Assembly: GCA_044368575.1 (NCBI GenBank)
Contig: JBIPPH010000005.1
Coordinates: forward strand, 5,930 to 69,929
Reading direction: 5' to 3'
Length of the DNA: 64,000 nucleotides
Source of the DNA: Bacteroidia bacterium
GTDB lineage: Bacteria > Bacteroidota > Bacteroidia > NS11-12g > UBA955
Under the pieces are notes generated by a model that was not told the DNA's origin, ran no database searches, and saw nothing but the letters and a program-made list of their open reading frames with translations. Positions 46,919 through 55,143 of the stretch are shown piece after piece. Every line of letters begins with the position of its first letter. Within the stretch, counting starts at the first letter, position 1. The translations under genes were made by a program, and so were the position numbers.

Positions 46919-49246
46919 TTGTTAGGCTTATTGTTGATGTTCGTTGTTGCCTGCAAAACTACCAAATTAGTTCCCGAAGGACAACATTTATTGGTTAAAA
47001 ATAAATTGATCAGTTCAGACAGCAGCAATAACCTCCTATTGAACGTTATGTCGAAACTAGACGACGAAAAAGCTTTGTATATCAGACACAAGCCTAATCG
47101 CAGTATCTTGTTATTGGGTAAATTCCACTTAGGATTATACAATTTAGGCTCATCCAAGAAACATCCTGAAAGAAGCGACTCCAGTCGATTTAGGACCTTA
47201 TTAAGGAGCTATGGTGAAGCCCCTGTAATATTAGATACCAATCAAATTGAAAAGTCTGAACTAAACTTACAAAACTACTTAATTTCAAAAGGGTATTTCA
47301 ACTGTTATATTACCCATAGCATTCAATACAAAGGCAAAAAGGCTACCGTTATTTACAACATTATACCTGCACAAACCTACACCATTCAGAGTGTTAATTT
47401 GTTTGCAGACGATGCTGAAGTTGACGTTTTCTTAAACCAAAATATGTCTAAATCCTACCTCACAAAAGGCAGTATTCTTGATTTAGATATGATCAATAAA
47501 GAGCGTAACCGTTTAACCCTGCTTATGCGCAACAATGGATACTTTGATTTCACCAAAGACTATATTGATTTTGAATTAGATACGAGTGCCATTAGAAAAG
47601 GCTTAAACATTAGCATAGCTATAGCCAACAAAAGCAACCAGGAGCGTTTTGAAAAGCTAAGTATCCAAAAAATTAAGGTGGTCTTTGAAAACGATTCTGA
47701 AACCCAAAAATTAACGCCCCCAATTACTTTTAATGGTGTAGAATTTCATTTCAATGGATTTCCAATTAAACCTCAAGTCATATTCAACGCTTTACAATTT
47801 CAGATTGGCGATTTATTTAAAGTAGAAGAGATGGAACACACTTACGCCAAGTTATCTGAGTTCAGTTTATTTAAATTCATTGATATTGGGTATAAACCTT
47901 CGGTGATAGACAGCATAAAAGGCCTTGAAGCCATAGTCTCATTAAAAACCAACTATAGGCAAACTTTTACCATTGAGCCGCAAGGGATTATGTCTCAATT
48001 AAACCGAATTCAAAACATTAATTTGGGCAACTCATACGGGGTTGCGAATAGTTTAATCTGGACCCATAGGAATTTATTTCACAATGCCGAATTGTTTAAC
48101 ATTAGTGCCAATACACGTATTGAGGCCCAATTATACCGCGACACCAACACCAATAAAATCAAGCATTTCAACCCTGCCTATCAGCAAAGTTTAAATTTAT
48201 CTTTAAGTATACCTAAGTCATCTATTCTTAAGCCTTTAGAAAAACTGCCACAAGTAAAATCTATTAAAACGAATTTCAATTTGTCTTTGTTGTATGAGAA
48301 GAATCCTGACTATTTAAGAAAAATCATACCCCTTACCTACCAATACCAAATCAGCACAACTAGAGCCAATTGGTTTATCAATGTATTTGAAATGTCTTTT
48401 AGCCGTAATACACTTAAAATAGACATTTCGAAAAGAGCTGATAGTGCATTTATTCAGAGATTGTTTTCCAATAACCTAATAACCTCCTCAGGCCTTAGTT
48501 TCCTATTTTCAGATAAAAATACGACAAAAAGTCGATCTAGTTTTTTCATAAGGGCCAATGTGATAGAATTTGGAGGCAATATTCACCGATTAATTCGCAG
48601 AACATTAGACACCAAACAGCAAACTGACACGTCCTACCAATTGTTTAAGGTTAATTATTACCAGTATGCCAAATCTGAAATTGACGCCCGTTGTAGCACT
48701 GTTTTCAGTGAAAACCATTCAAGCATATTGCGTTTTAATTTAGGTTTAACCTACCCTTATGGCAATCAATTGGTCGTACCGTTTGACAAATTATTTTTTA
48801 TTGGTGGTGCCAACAGTTTAAGAGCTTGGCGACCAAGAACAATTGGACCCGGAAGTTATGCCGAAAGCTCAAAGAACTTTAGGATTGACAGAGCTGGTAA
48901 TTTAATTATACAAGCCAATGCAGAATACCGCTTTGATATAATAGATAAAAAAGTTGAAGGTGCATTATTTGTTGATGCAGGCAATGTTTGGTTGGCTCGC
49001 AATGTGAACAATGTTGATCCATTAAAGTTATTCAAACCAAGATCTTTCCTTTTTGAAACGGCAATGAACACAGGTATTGGATTGCGTTTCGACTTTGAAT
49101 TTTTCTTATTCAGATTGGATTGGGGCATGCAAATTAAAAACCCAGAGAAACCAGTTGGTGAAACTTTGGTCATCAAAGACTTTGCTCGCAATAAATACTT
49201 CACCAAATATTCCATTTTGAATTTTGGTATCGGCTACCCTTTCTAA
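46919..49246 (+). CDS. Omp85-family outer-membrane protein, lipoprotein type (TamL/TamA-like)
   Basis: The C-terminal surface-antigen barrel ends in NFGIGYPF (terminal aromatic). POTRA-like N-terminal repeats and a lipobox-like LLLMFVVAC are present. The track start at 46736 overlaps trmH by 171 nt and is not credible. Candidate starts are TTG 46883, TTG 46919 and ATG 46937. Confidence 0.78.
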   Translation: MLGLLLMFVVACKTTKLVPEGQHLLVKNKLISSDSSNNLLLNVMSKLDDEKALYIRHKPNRSILLLGKFHLGLYNLGSSKKHPERSDSSRFRTLLRSYGEAPVILDTNQIEKSELNLQNYLISKGYFNCYITHSIQYKGKKATVIYNIIPAQTYTIQSVNLFADDAEVDVFLNQNMSKSYLTKGSILDLDMINKERNRLTLLMRNNGYFDFTKDYIDFELDTSAIRKGLNISIAIANKSNQERFEKLSIQKIKVVFENDSETQKLTPPITFNGVEFHFNGFPIKPQVIFNALQFQIGDLFKVEEMEHTYAKLSEFSLFKFIDIGYKPSVIDSIKGLEAIVSLKTNYRQTFTIEPQGIMSQLNRIQNINLGNSYGVANSLIWTHRNLFHNAELFNISANTRIEAQLYRDTNTNKIKHFNPAYQQSLNLSLSIPKSSILKPLEKLPQVKSIKTNFNLSLLYEKNPDYLRKIIPLTYQYQISTTRANWFINVFEMSFSRNTLKIDISKRADSAFIQRLFSNNLITSSGLSFLFSDKNTTKSRSSFFIRANVIEFGGNIHRLIRRTLDTKQQTDTSYQLFKVNYYQYAKSEIDARCSTVFSENHSSILRFNLGLTYPYGNQLVVPFDKLFFIGGANSLRAWRPRTIGPGSYAESSKNFRIDRAGNLIIQANAEYRFDIIDKKVEGALFVDAGNVWLARNVNNVDPLKLFKPRSFLFETAMNTGIGLRFDFEFFLFRLDWGMQIKNPEKPVGETLVIKDFARNKYFTKYSILNFGIGYPF

Positions 49247-49274
49247 GCCACTTAAAAGAAGGCGCTATCAATCT

Positions 49275-49305
49275 CGTTTTTTATTTTGCATTGCATCGGA
49301 TAAAT
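49275..49305 (+). promoter_or_regulatory. Bacteroidota-type promoter for tRNA-His (-33 TTTG, 19-nt spacer, -7 TATATTTG)
   Basis: TTTG at 49275-49278 and TATATTTG at 49298-49305. The tRNA starts at 49328. Matches the published TTTG / TAnnTTTG consensus and spacing. Confidence 0.5.
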
Positions 49306-49327
49306 TTTATATTTGCACTCCTTAAAC

Positions 49328-49402
49328 GGTGGTCATAGCTCAGATGGTTAGAGCATCAGATTGTGGTTCTGAGGGCCGTGGGTTCGATTCCCATTGATCA
49401 CC
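49328..49402 (+). tRNA. tRNA-His (anticodon GTG) with encoded G-1
   Basis: Folded by hand: G-1, acceptor GTGGTCA/TGATCAC (one G-U pair), D arm GCTC-AGATGGTTA-GAGC, anticodon arm TCAGA-TTGTGGT-TCTGA, variable loop GGGCC, T arm GTGGG-TTCGATT-CCCAT, discriminator C. No encoded CCA. Confidence 0.9.
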
Positions 49403-49409
49403 CTTAATT

Positions 49410-49441
49410 AAAAAGCCTCTGAAATTTCAGAGGCTTTTTTG
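49410..49441. terminator. bidirectional rho-independent terminator (tRNA-His / transketolase C-subunit convergent)
   Basis: AAAAAGCCTCTGAAATTTCAGAGGCTTTTTT, a perfect palindromic stem flanked by an A-run and a T-run. Confidence 0.8.
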
Positions 49442-49462
49442 TTATCAATACCCTAAGGTTGA

Positions 49463-50416
49463 TTATTTTCTTTTGATTACTTTTTCAACTGCTGCAACCA
49501 CATCAATGGTATCAATATGGTATTTAGCCATCAATTCATCTGGTGTTCCACTTTCGCCGAAGGTGTCATTGACCCCAACCATTTCAACCGGCAAAGGCAT
49601 TTGGCGCGCAAGTAATTGGCAAATGCTATCGCCCATACCACCATTAAACATATGCTCTTCCGCAGTTACCACACAACGGGTTTTAGCAGCAGAACGCAAT
49701 ACGGCTTCCGCATCTAATGGTTTAATTGTATGGATATTGATTACTTCAGCATGTATACCTTTTTCAGCTAAAATTTGAGCTGCTTGAATGCTTTTCCATA
49801 CCAAATGGCCTGTACAAAAAATAGAAACATCAGCTCCTTCGAAAATGGTCCAAGCTTTACCAATTTCAAATACTTGATCAGGTGCAGTAAAGATTGGCAC
49901 TTTCGGACGGCCAAAACGCAAATAGCAAGGTCCTTCATATTCAGCAATAGCCATAGTAGCTGCTTTGGTTTGGTTGAAGTCGCAAGGATTGATGACTACC
50001 ATATCTGGCAACATTTTCATCATCCCTATATCTTCCAATATTTGATGGGTAGCCCCGTCTTCTCCTAAAGTTAAACCGGCATGTGAAGCACAAATCTTAA
50101 CATTTTTACCACTGTAGGCAACACTTTGACGGATTTGATCATACACTCTGCCTGTGCTAAAGTTAGCAAATGTGCCTGTAAATGGAATTTTACCAGCTGT
50201 CGCTAATCCAGCGGCAACGCCAATCATATTGGCTTCGGCTATACCCATTTGAAAAAAGCGTTCAGGGAAGGCTTTTTTAAAGGCATCCATTTTAAGTGAA
50301 CCAGTCAAGTCAGCACAAAGGGCTACTACCTGAGGATTGATTTTGCCTGCTTCTAACAAACCTGCTCCAAATCCGGAACGGGTATCATTGCTGCCAAGTA
50401 TTTCTATTGTATACAT
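49463..50416 (-). CDS. transketolase, C-terminal (pyrimidine-binding plus C-terminal domain) subunit
   Basis: 317 aa. GIAEANMIGVAAGLA, GEDGATHQ. Typical of split transketolase. Its start overlaps the upstream stop (TAATG). Confidence 0.92.
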   Translation of the reverse strand: MYTIEILGSNDTRSGFGAGLLEAGKINPQVVALCADLTGSLKMDAFKKAFPERFFQMGIAEANMIGVAAGLATAGKIPFTGTFANFSTGRVYDQIRQSVAYSGKNVKICASHAGLTLGEDGATHQILEDIGMMKMLPDMVVINPCDFNQTKAATMAIAEYEGPCYLRFGRPKVPIFTAPDQVFEIGKAWTIFEGADVSIFCTGHLVWKSIQAAQILAEKGIHAEVINIHTIKPLDAEAVLRSAAKTRCVVTAEEHMFNGGMGDSICQLLARQMPLPVEMVGVNDTFGESGTPDELMAKYHIDTIDVVAAVEKVIKRK

Positions 50417-51765
50417 TATAAGTTGATTTCTGTAGTGGTTGCTGATGTGATGGTAAACTCCTTTTCAAAGGTGTATATGGTTCTAGTTTCTGGTTTGCTT
50501 CTGCCAATCACCAAGTATTTTCCTGGCTGCATAATAATGGACTGAAAATAATCATCACTGATATCTGCTACCCATTTTACTTGGCCATTTACAACATGGT
50601 AAATGCCACAAACTAAATCTCTGCTTTTGTTGATTTGTAATCTACCAGGTTGAGGAATAACAATTGAAGTTGTTTTGTTCTCATCCACCACAACACTGTC
50701 AAGGTGAATACGAGGTGTGGTTAACAATTCCATTTCATAGACGCCGCACAAATACCTTTTCTTAGTGTTAAAGGTTTGAGCATTCACAATGTCATATTGG
50801 TTTTTGACAGTTATGATGGCTTTAAGGTCGACGTAATTGGTCTTGCCTGTACAAACAAAATCAATAAACCCTTGAGGCACATCAATCGGTATGATATTGT
50901 GTCTGCCCACTATGAGTTCAACGTTGTTTTTACGCACTGGTGGTAAAGTATGAACTACAAAATCATATTTCCTTAGTGGATCTAAGAACAAAGTATCTGG
51001 CACACCTCTTCCATTCATTGTATGCTCATAATTGAACAATAATTTCTTGGTAGCGGCATCATAAATACTCATTAAGGAATTGGTTTCCACTGGTCTTAAC
51101 TTTTTATCCAACAAATTCACCTGACAACTGGTAGCATTCATGGCTTGAGAAACCACTACACCAACCACATTTATGAAATCTTTTTCAGTATTAGCATCGT
51201 AATAAGTCCCTAAGCAATCAAACTTTAACTTAAACTGCTCTGAAGAACCCAAGCCAATAATAAAAGGCTTTAAGAAAATGCCTTTCTTCTGAAGCGCTTG
51301 TGAAATTTGACAAGGATCTCCGGTGCATTCTTCCAATCCATCTGTTATGATGATCACTAAATTTCTAACACCCTTTTCCGCAGGAAAGTCCTTTTCACAT
51401 TCTTGCAACGAGTAAGCGATTGGTGTCCAACCTTTAGGCACCAAACTATTGATACGTTTTTTAAGAATTACCGTATTATTAGGGGCGAAAGGTACTTCTA
51501 ACTTGGAATCTTTGCAGTCTTTTAAATCAACTGTTTTTTGATGACCATAGACCCTCAAAGCCAATTCAACATTTTTAAAAGTCGATAAACTATCGACAAT
51601 TTTTAAGGCCATACGCTTAGCGACAGCCATTCTGCTGGTTTTTTCTATTTGGGTAGTCATACTACCCGATGCGTCAAAAATCAAGAGTATACGCGTTTTC
51701 TCTTTTGATTGAGCCTGAACAGACCCAAAAACAATTAAAAGAACCGCTAATAAAATATGTTTCAT
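50416..51765 (-). CDS. secreted von Willebrand factor type A (vWA) domain protein
   Basis: Signal peptide MKHILLAVLLIVFGSVQAQ, MIDAS motif ILLIFDASGSM, and later TDGLE. The C-terminal roughly 250 aa are beta-rich and unassigned. Confidence 0.8.
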   Translation of the reverse strand: MKHILLAVLLIVFGSVQAQSKEKTRILLIFDASGSMTTQIEKTSRMAVAKRMALKIVDSLSTFKNVELALRVYGHQKTVDLKDCKDSKLEVPFAPNNTVILKKRINSLVPKGWTPIAYSLQECEKDFPAEKGVRNLVIIITDGLEECTGDPCQISQALQKKGIFLKPFIIGLGSSEQFKLKFDCLGTYYDANTEKDFINVVGVVVSQAMNATSCQVNLLDKKLRPVETNSLMSIYDAATKKLLFNYEHTMNGRGVPDTLFLDPLRKYDFVVHTLPPVRKNNVELIVGRHNIIPIDVPQGFIDFVCTGKTNYVDLKAIITVKNQYDIVNAQTFNTKKRYLCGVYEMELLTTPRIHLDSVVVDENKTTSIVIPQPGRLQINKSRDLVCGIYHVVNGQVKWVADISDDYFQSIIMQPGKYLVIGRSKPETRTIYTFEKEFTITSATTTEINL

Positions 51766-51797
51766 GATGAATTAACGCCGTGATTAGAAAAATCGTA

Positions 51798-52643
51798 TCA
51801 ATAATCGCCTAAACTTTCCGGCAATTGAGCCAAGGCTTTTGCTAATTGGTCATCGTTTGGTGGTATACCATGCCATTCATGTGAACCCATCATAAAATCA
51901 ACACCCGCACCCATCTCTGTTGTCATTAACAATACGATTGGCTTACCTTCTGCTCTGAGGGCTTGTGCTTTTGTATTGGTATCTAAAATGGATTGCATGT
52001 CATTGCCATTCATTTCAAGCACTGTCCAATTGAATGCTTCAAACTTGTTGCGCAATTGGTTAAAGCCCATAATGTCTTGCACATTGCCATCGATTTGTTG
52101 CTTATTGTAATCTACACTGGCAATGATATTACTTAATCCGTGATGACCTGCATACATGATGGCTTCCCAATTTTGGCCTTCTTGCAACTCACCGTCTCCC
52201 ATGTTAACATAAACAATTCTGTCATCTTGATTTAGACGTTTAGCCACAGCAATACCAACCCCAACAGATAAACCTTGACCCAAGGAGCCAGTGGCAATGC
52301 GAATTCCAGGGAGGTGATCATGGGTTGTTGGATGCCCTTGTAATCGGGTATTGAGTTTTCTGAAACTCGCTAATTCTTGAACTGGAAAATAACCACTTCT
52401 AGCTAAAACAGAATACAACAAAGGACTGATGTGCCCGTTTGATAAAATAAAGATGTCTTCACCATGCCCCTCTTGAGTAAAGTTTTGAGGATTGTGTTTC
52501 ATTATCTGAAAATACAAAGCTGTTAAATAATCAGCACAGCCAAGCGATCCACCAGGGTGACCACTTTGCACGGCATGTACCATTCTAACAATGTCTCTTC
52601 TAACTTGAGAGGCTATTTGTTGTAATTCTTGAGTTGTAGGCAT
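51798..52643 (-). CDS. transketolase, N-terminal (thiamine-diphosphate-binding) subunit
   Basis: 281 aa. SGHPGGSLG, SNGH, and GDGELQEGQNWEA (the GDG-x-N TPP motif). Confidence 0.92.
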   Translation of the reverse strand: MPTTQELQQIASQVRRDIVRMVHAVQSGHPGGSLGCADYLTALYFQIMKHNPQNFTQEGHGEDIFILSNGHISPLLYSVLARSGYFPVQELASFRKLNTRLQGHPTTHDHLPGIRIATGSLGQGLSVGVGIAVAKRLNQDDRIVYVNMGDGELQEGQNWEAIMYAGHHGLSNIIASVDYNKQQIDGNVQDIMGFNQLRNKFEAFNWTVLEMNGNDMQSILDTNTKAQALRAEGKPIVLLMTTEMGAGVDFMMGSHEWHGIPPNDDQLAKALAQLPESLGDY

Positions 52644-52728
52644 GAGAATATATCTTGATGCAAAAATTGCTTAAAAAAGTCAATAATAAAAAAGGCCAGT
52701 AGATTAATTATAAACGAGTAATAAACGC

Positions 52729-53496
52729 TTATATTAAGTTGAAGTCATCTCTATCTTCTAATACAGGGAAATCAATACGGTATTGAATTAAAGAAGCTTT
52801 ATTGAGATTGAATTGAAAGACTTTATCGTCATTAGAAAACCCGATTTCTTCACCCAAATAATTGATAATTGCTGAATCACCTTTATGTTCAACACCATTG
52901 CCGTCAATGCCTAGGCGATTACAAGCAATAACATAGCATTGGTTTTCAATAGCCCTTGCTTTAAGCAATTGTTGCCAAGCATAACTGCGTTGGGCTGGCC
53001 AATTGGCAACATAAATCAAGGCATCAAATTGTTCAGTATTGCGGCTAAATACTGGAAATCTGAGATCATAACAAATTAAAGGGCATATGCGCCAACCCTT
53101 GTAATCTATAACCAATCGTTCTTTACCAGCACTGTAATGGTTGGATTCAGCACCAGGTGAAAACAAATGGCGTTTGTAATACCATTGAACACCCCCGTCT
53201 GGCTGAACAAAAGCCAGTGCATTGTAGTAATTACCTGCATCTTCATGCATAATACTGCCCATAATAGCTGCGTTCAATTTTGCGCTCATGCGCAATAACC
53301 AAGCTAATGACTTTTCGCTCGATTCTTTCGCAAGCAACTCAGGTTTCATACTAAAACCAGTTGAAAACATCTCAGGTAAAACAATCAAATCACAATCCCT
53401 TATGCCTTCAATTTTAGACTCAAAATGGGCTAGGTTGGCCTCCACATCTTCCCAATACAAATGGGTTTGAACTACTGCAATATTTATAACTTGCAT
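52729..53496 (-). CDS. carbon-nitrogen hydrolase family amidohydrolase (omega-amidase YafV/Nit2-like)
   Basis: Glu-Lys-Cys triad context: LPEMF, YKRHLF, ICPLICYDLRFP. 255 aa. Confidence 0.85.
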   Translation of the reverse strand: MQVINIAVVQTHLYWEDVEANLAHFESKIEGIRDCDLIVLPEMFSTGFSMKPELLAKESSEKSLAWLLRMSAKLNAAIMGSIMHEDAGNYYNALAFVQPDGGVQWYYKRHLFSPGAESNHYSAGKERLVIDYKGWRICPLICYDLRFPVFSRNTEQFDALIYVANWPAQRSYAWQQLLKARAIENQCYVIACNRLGIDGNGVEHKGDSAIINYLGEEIGFSNDDKVFQFNLNKASLIQYRIDFPVLEDRDDFNLI

Positions 53497-54647
53497 AAGA
53501 TATCAAGAGCTTTATTCAGCGTTTCATCGGTTTTGGCAAAACAAAACCTCAAAACTCTGTGGTCTGTTTTGCGCAGGTAAAAGGCTGAAACCGGAATGGC
53601 TGCAACGCCTTTTTCTTGGGTCAAATGATTGGCCATCTCAACATCAGACAAATCAGCAATTTGATCGTAAGCAACCGACTGAAAATAACTGCCTTTACAA
53701 TCTAAAAGTTTGAACCTTGAGGCCTTTAAACCCTCTCTAAACAAATCGCGCTTAGCTTGATAAAAAGCGCCTAAGGACAAATACAAATCTGGGCGTTTTA
53801 AAATGTCTGCATAAGCATGCTGAACGGGTGTATTAGCTGCAAATGCCATAAATTGATAGGCTCTTCTAATTTTGTCAGTCAAATTCTCTGGCGCTAATAA
53901 ATAACCCATTTTCCAACCTGTTGTATGATACGTTTTTCCAAAAGAAGAAACAATGATACTGCGCTTAGCCAAGTCAGGAAATCTGGCTACAGACTGGTGC
54001 TCAAAGCCATCAAAAATAATATGTTCATAAACTTCATCACTCAGAACCAATACATCTGTGTTGTGAATCAACTTTTCAAGCTTAAGCATATCCTCTGCAC
54101 TCAAAATACTACCACTTGGATTGTGAGGCGTATTGAGAATGATCATTTTTGTTCTAATGTTAATGAGTTTCTTGATCTGATCCCAGTCGATTTTATAATC
54201 AGGATAGACCATTTCATACACAATAGCTTTACCGCCAGATAACTCAATAGAAGGAATATAAGAATCATAAGCAGGCTCCAAAACAATCACTTCATCATTG
54301 TCTTTAATTAAAGCATTGATAGCAGCATATATCCCCAATGTTGCCCCTGGCACTATGGTAATTTCTGTTTCAGGATGATATTGGGCTGAATACAATTCAT
54401 AGGTTTTTTGGGCAATTTGTTCTCTTAAAGCCATTAACCCAGGCATTGGCGCATACTGATTGAAGCCCTTCTTCATGGCATTTGCCACTAAATCTTTAAG
54501 CTCATCTGAACAGTCAAAATCAGGAAAACCTTGAGCCAAATTAATGGCATTGTATTGATTAGCCATAGCAGACATCACAGCAAAAATACTGGTACCCACA
54601 TGTGGCAATTTATGATTGATAACCCCTTCAAATTTCACGATGAACAA
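53484..54647 (-). CDS. class I/II pyridoxal-phosphate aminotransferase (YbdL / glutamine-transaminase-K-like)
   Basis: INLAQGFPDF, NTPHNPSG and SFGKTYHTTGWKMGY (PLP Lys). The start is the TTG at 54647 as in the track. An in-frame TTG 33 nt downstream (start 54614, giving M-PHVGTSIF) is also possible. The 3' end overlaps the next gene by 13 nt. Confidence 0.9.
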   Translation of the reverse strand: MFIVKFEGVINHKLPHVGTSIFAVMSAMANQYNAINLAQGFPDFDCSDELKDLVANAMKKGFNQYAPMPGLMALREQIAQKTYELYSAQYHPETEITIVPGATLGIYAAINALIKDNDEVIVLEPAYDSYIPSIELSGGKAIVYEMVYPDYKIDWDQIKKLINIRTKMIILNTPHNPSGSILSAEDMLKLEKLIHNTDVLVLSDEVYEHIIFDGFEHQSVARFPDLAKRSIIVSSFGKTYHTTGWKMGYLLAPENLTDKIRRAYQFMAFAANTPVQHAYADILKRPDLYLSLGAFYQAKRDLFREGLKASRFKLLDCKGSYFQSVAYDQIADLSDVEMANHLTQEKGVAAIPVSAFYLRKTDHRVLRFCFAKTDETLNKALDILCKL

Positions 54648-54773
54648 ATTTAAGCCAAAGGGCTAACATAGCCTCATGATGTATAGAGAATGTGAGTAAG
54701 TAGTGAGGGGGATGAGAGTGAGAGCAAGTGTGAGTGTGAGTGCGAAGAAAAAACCCCACTACCCCCTATACCC

Positions 54774-54833
54774 TAAAAAAAGTCCTCAACTTGAGTTGAG
54801 GACTTTGCGTTAGATCGTGCACTCGTAGGGATT
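54774..54833 (-). repeat. duplicated copy of the tRNA-Arg 3' end (about 16 nt) plus its terminator hairpin (59 of 60 identical to 54944-55003)
   Basis: Read directly: AAAAAAAGTCCTCAACTTGAGTTGAGGACTTTGCGTT[A/T]GATCGTGCACTCGTAGGGATT occurs twice, 170 nt apart in direct orientation. Copy 1 is not attached to a complete tRNA. Confidence 0.85.
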
Positions 54834-54943
54834 ATTGCATGAACCCTACTGTTTAGTCCTGCAAATGCAAAGTCCACCTTCTTCGAAGGCTTTTTTTGGT
54901 TTTTCATTCGCTTGCAATTGGCATTGCAGACTCATTCAAAACC

Positions 54944-54976
54944 AAAAAAAAGTCCTCAACTTGAGTTGAGGACTTT
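54944..54976 (-). terminator. rho-independent terminator of tRNA-Arg
   Basis: Reverse strand: AGTCCTCAAC-TCAA-GTTGAGGACT (10-bp perfect stem) followed by T7, 13 nt after the tRNA 3' end. Confidence 0.8.
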
Positions 54977-54987
54977 GCGTTTGATCG

Positions 54988-55061
54988 TGCACTCGTAGGG
55001 ATTCGAACCCCAAACCTTCTGATCCGTAGTCAGATGCTCTATCCAATTGAGCTACGAGTGC
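54988..55061 (-). tRNA. tRNA-Arg (anticodon ACG)
   Basis: Folded by hand on the reverse strand: acceptor GCACTCG/CGAGTGC, D arm GCTC-AATTGGATA-GAGC, anticodon arm TCTGA-CTACGGA-TCAGA, variable loop AGGTT, T arm TGGGG-TTCGAAT-CCCTA (one G-U pair), discriminator A. No encoded CCA. Confidence 0.9.
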
Positions 55062-55077
55062 CTTCCTTAAAGGACTG

Positions 55078-55109
55078 CAAAAGTAAGATAAAAAAAAATC
55101 CCTGACAAA
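55078..55109 (-). promoter_or_regulatory. candidate Bacteroidota-type promoter for tRNA-Arg (-33 TTTG, 20-nt spacer, -7 TACTTTTG)
   Basis: Reverse strand: TTTG (55109-55106) and TACTTTTG (55085-55078). The tRNA starts 16 nt downstream. The -33 element lies inside the upstream terminator hairpin. Confidence 0.35.
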
Positions 55110-55123
55110 TAATTGTCAGGGAT
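55090..55123 (-). terminator. rho-independent terminator of the T9SS-cargo gene
   Basis: Reverse strand: ATCCCTGACAA-TTAT-TTGTCAGGGAT (11-bp perfect stem) followed by T8-9, about 20 nt after the stop at 55144. Confidence 0.75.
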
Positions 55124-55143
55124 TTTAATAGAATCTAATTGAA

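Noticed and set aside
46150-49441. The two very similar hairpins (AAAAGCCTCTGAATTTCAGGGGCTTTTTTT at 46150 and AAAAAGCCTCTGAAATTTCAGAGGCTTTTTT at 49410), considered as copies of a dispersed REP or MITE-like element.
   Set aside because: There are only two copies. Each sits exactly where a bidirectional intrinsic terminator is expected between convergent genes, and the similarity does not extend beyond the stem and A/T runs. I treat them as ordinary terminators. A genome-wide count could revisit this.
54750-54775. G-quadruplex on the reverse strand (GGGTATAGGGGGTAGTGGGG).
   Set aside because: Only three clear G-tracts of at least 3 nt are present. A fourth tract would require splitting the G5 run with a zero or 1-nt loop. 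This is too weak to call.
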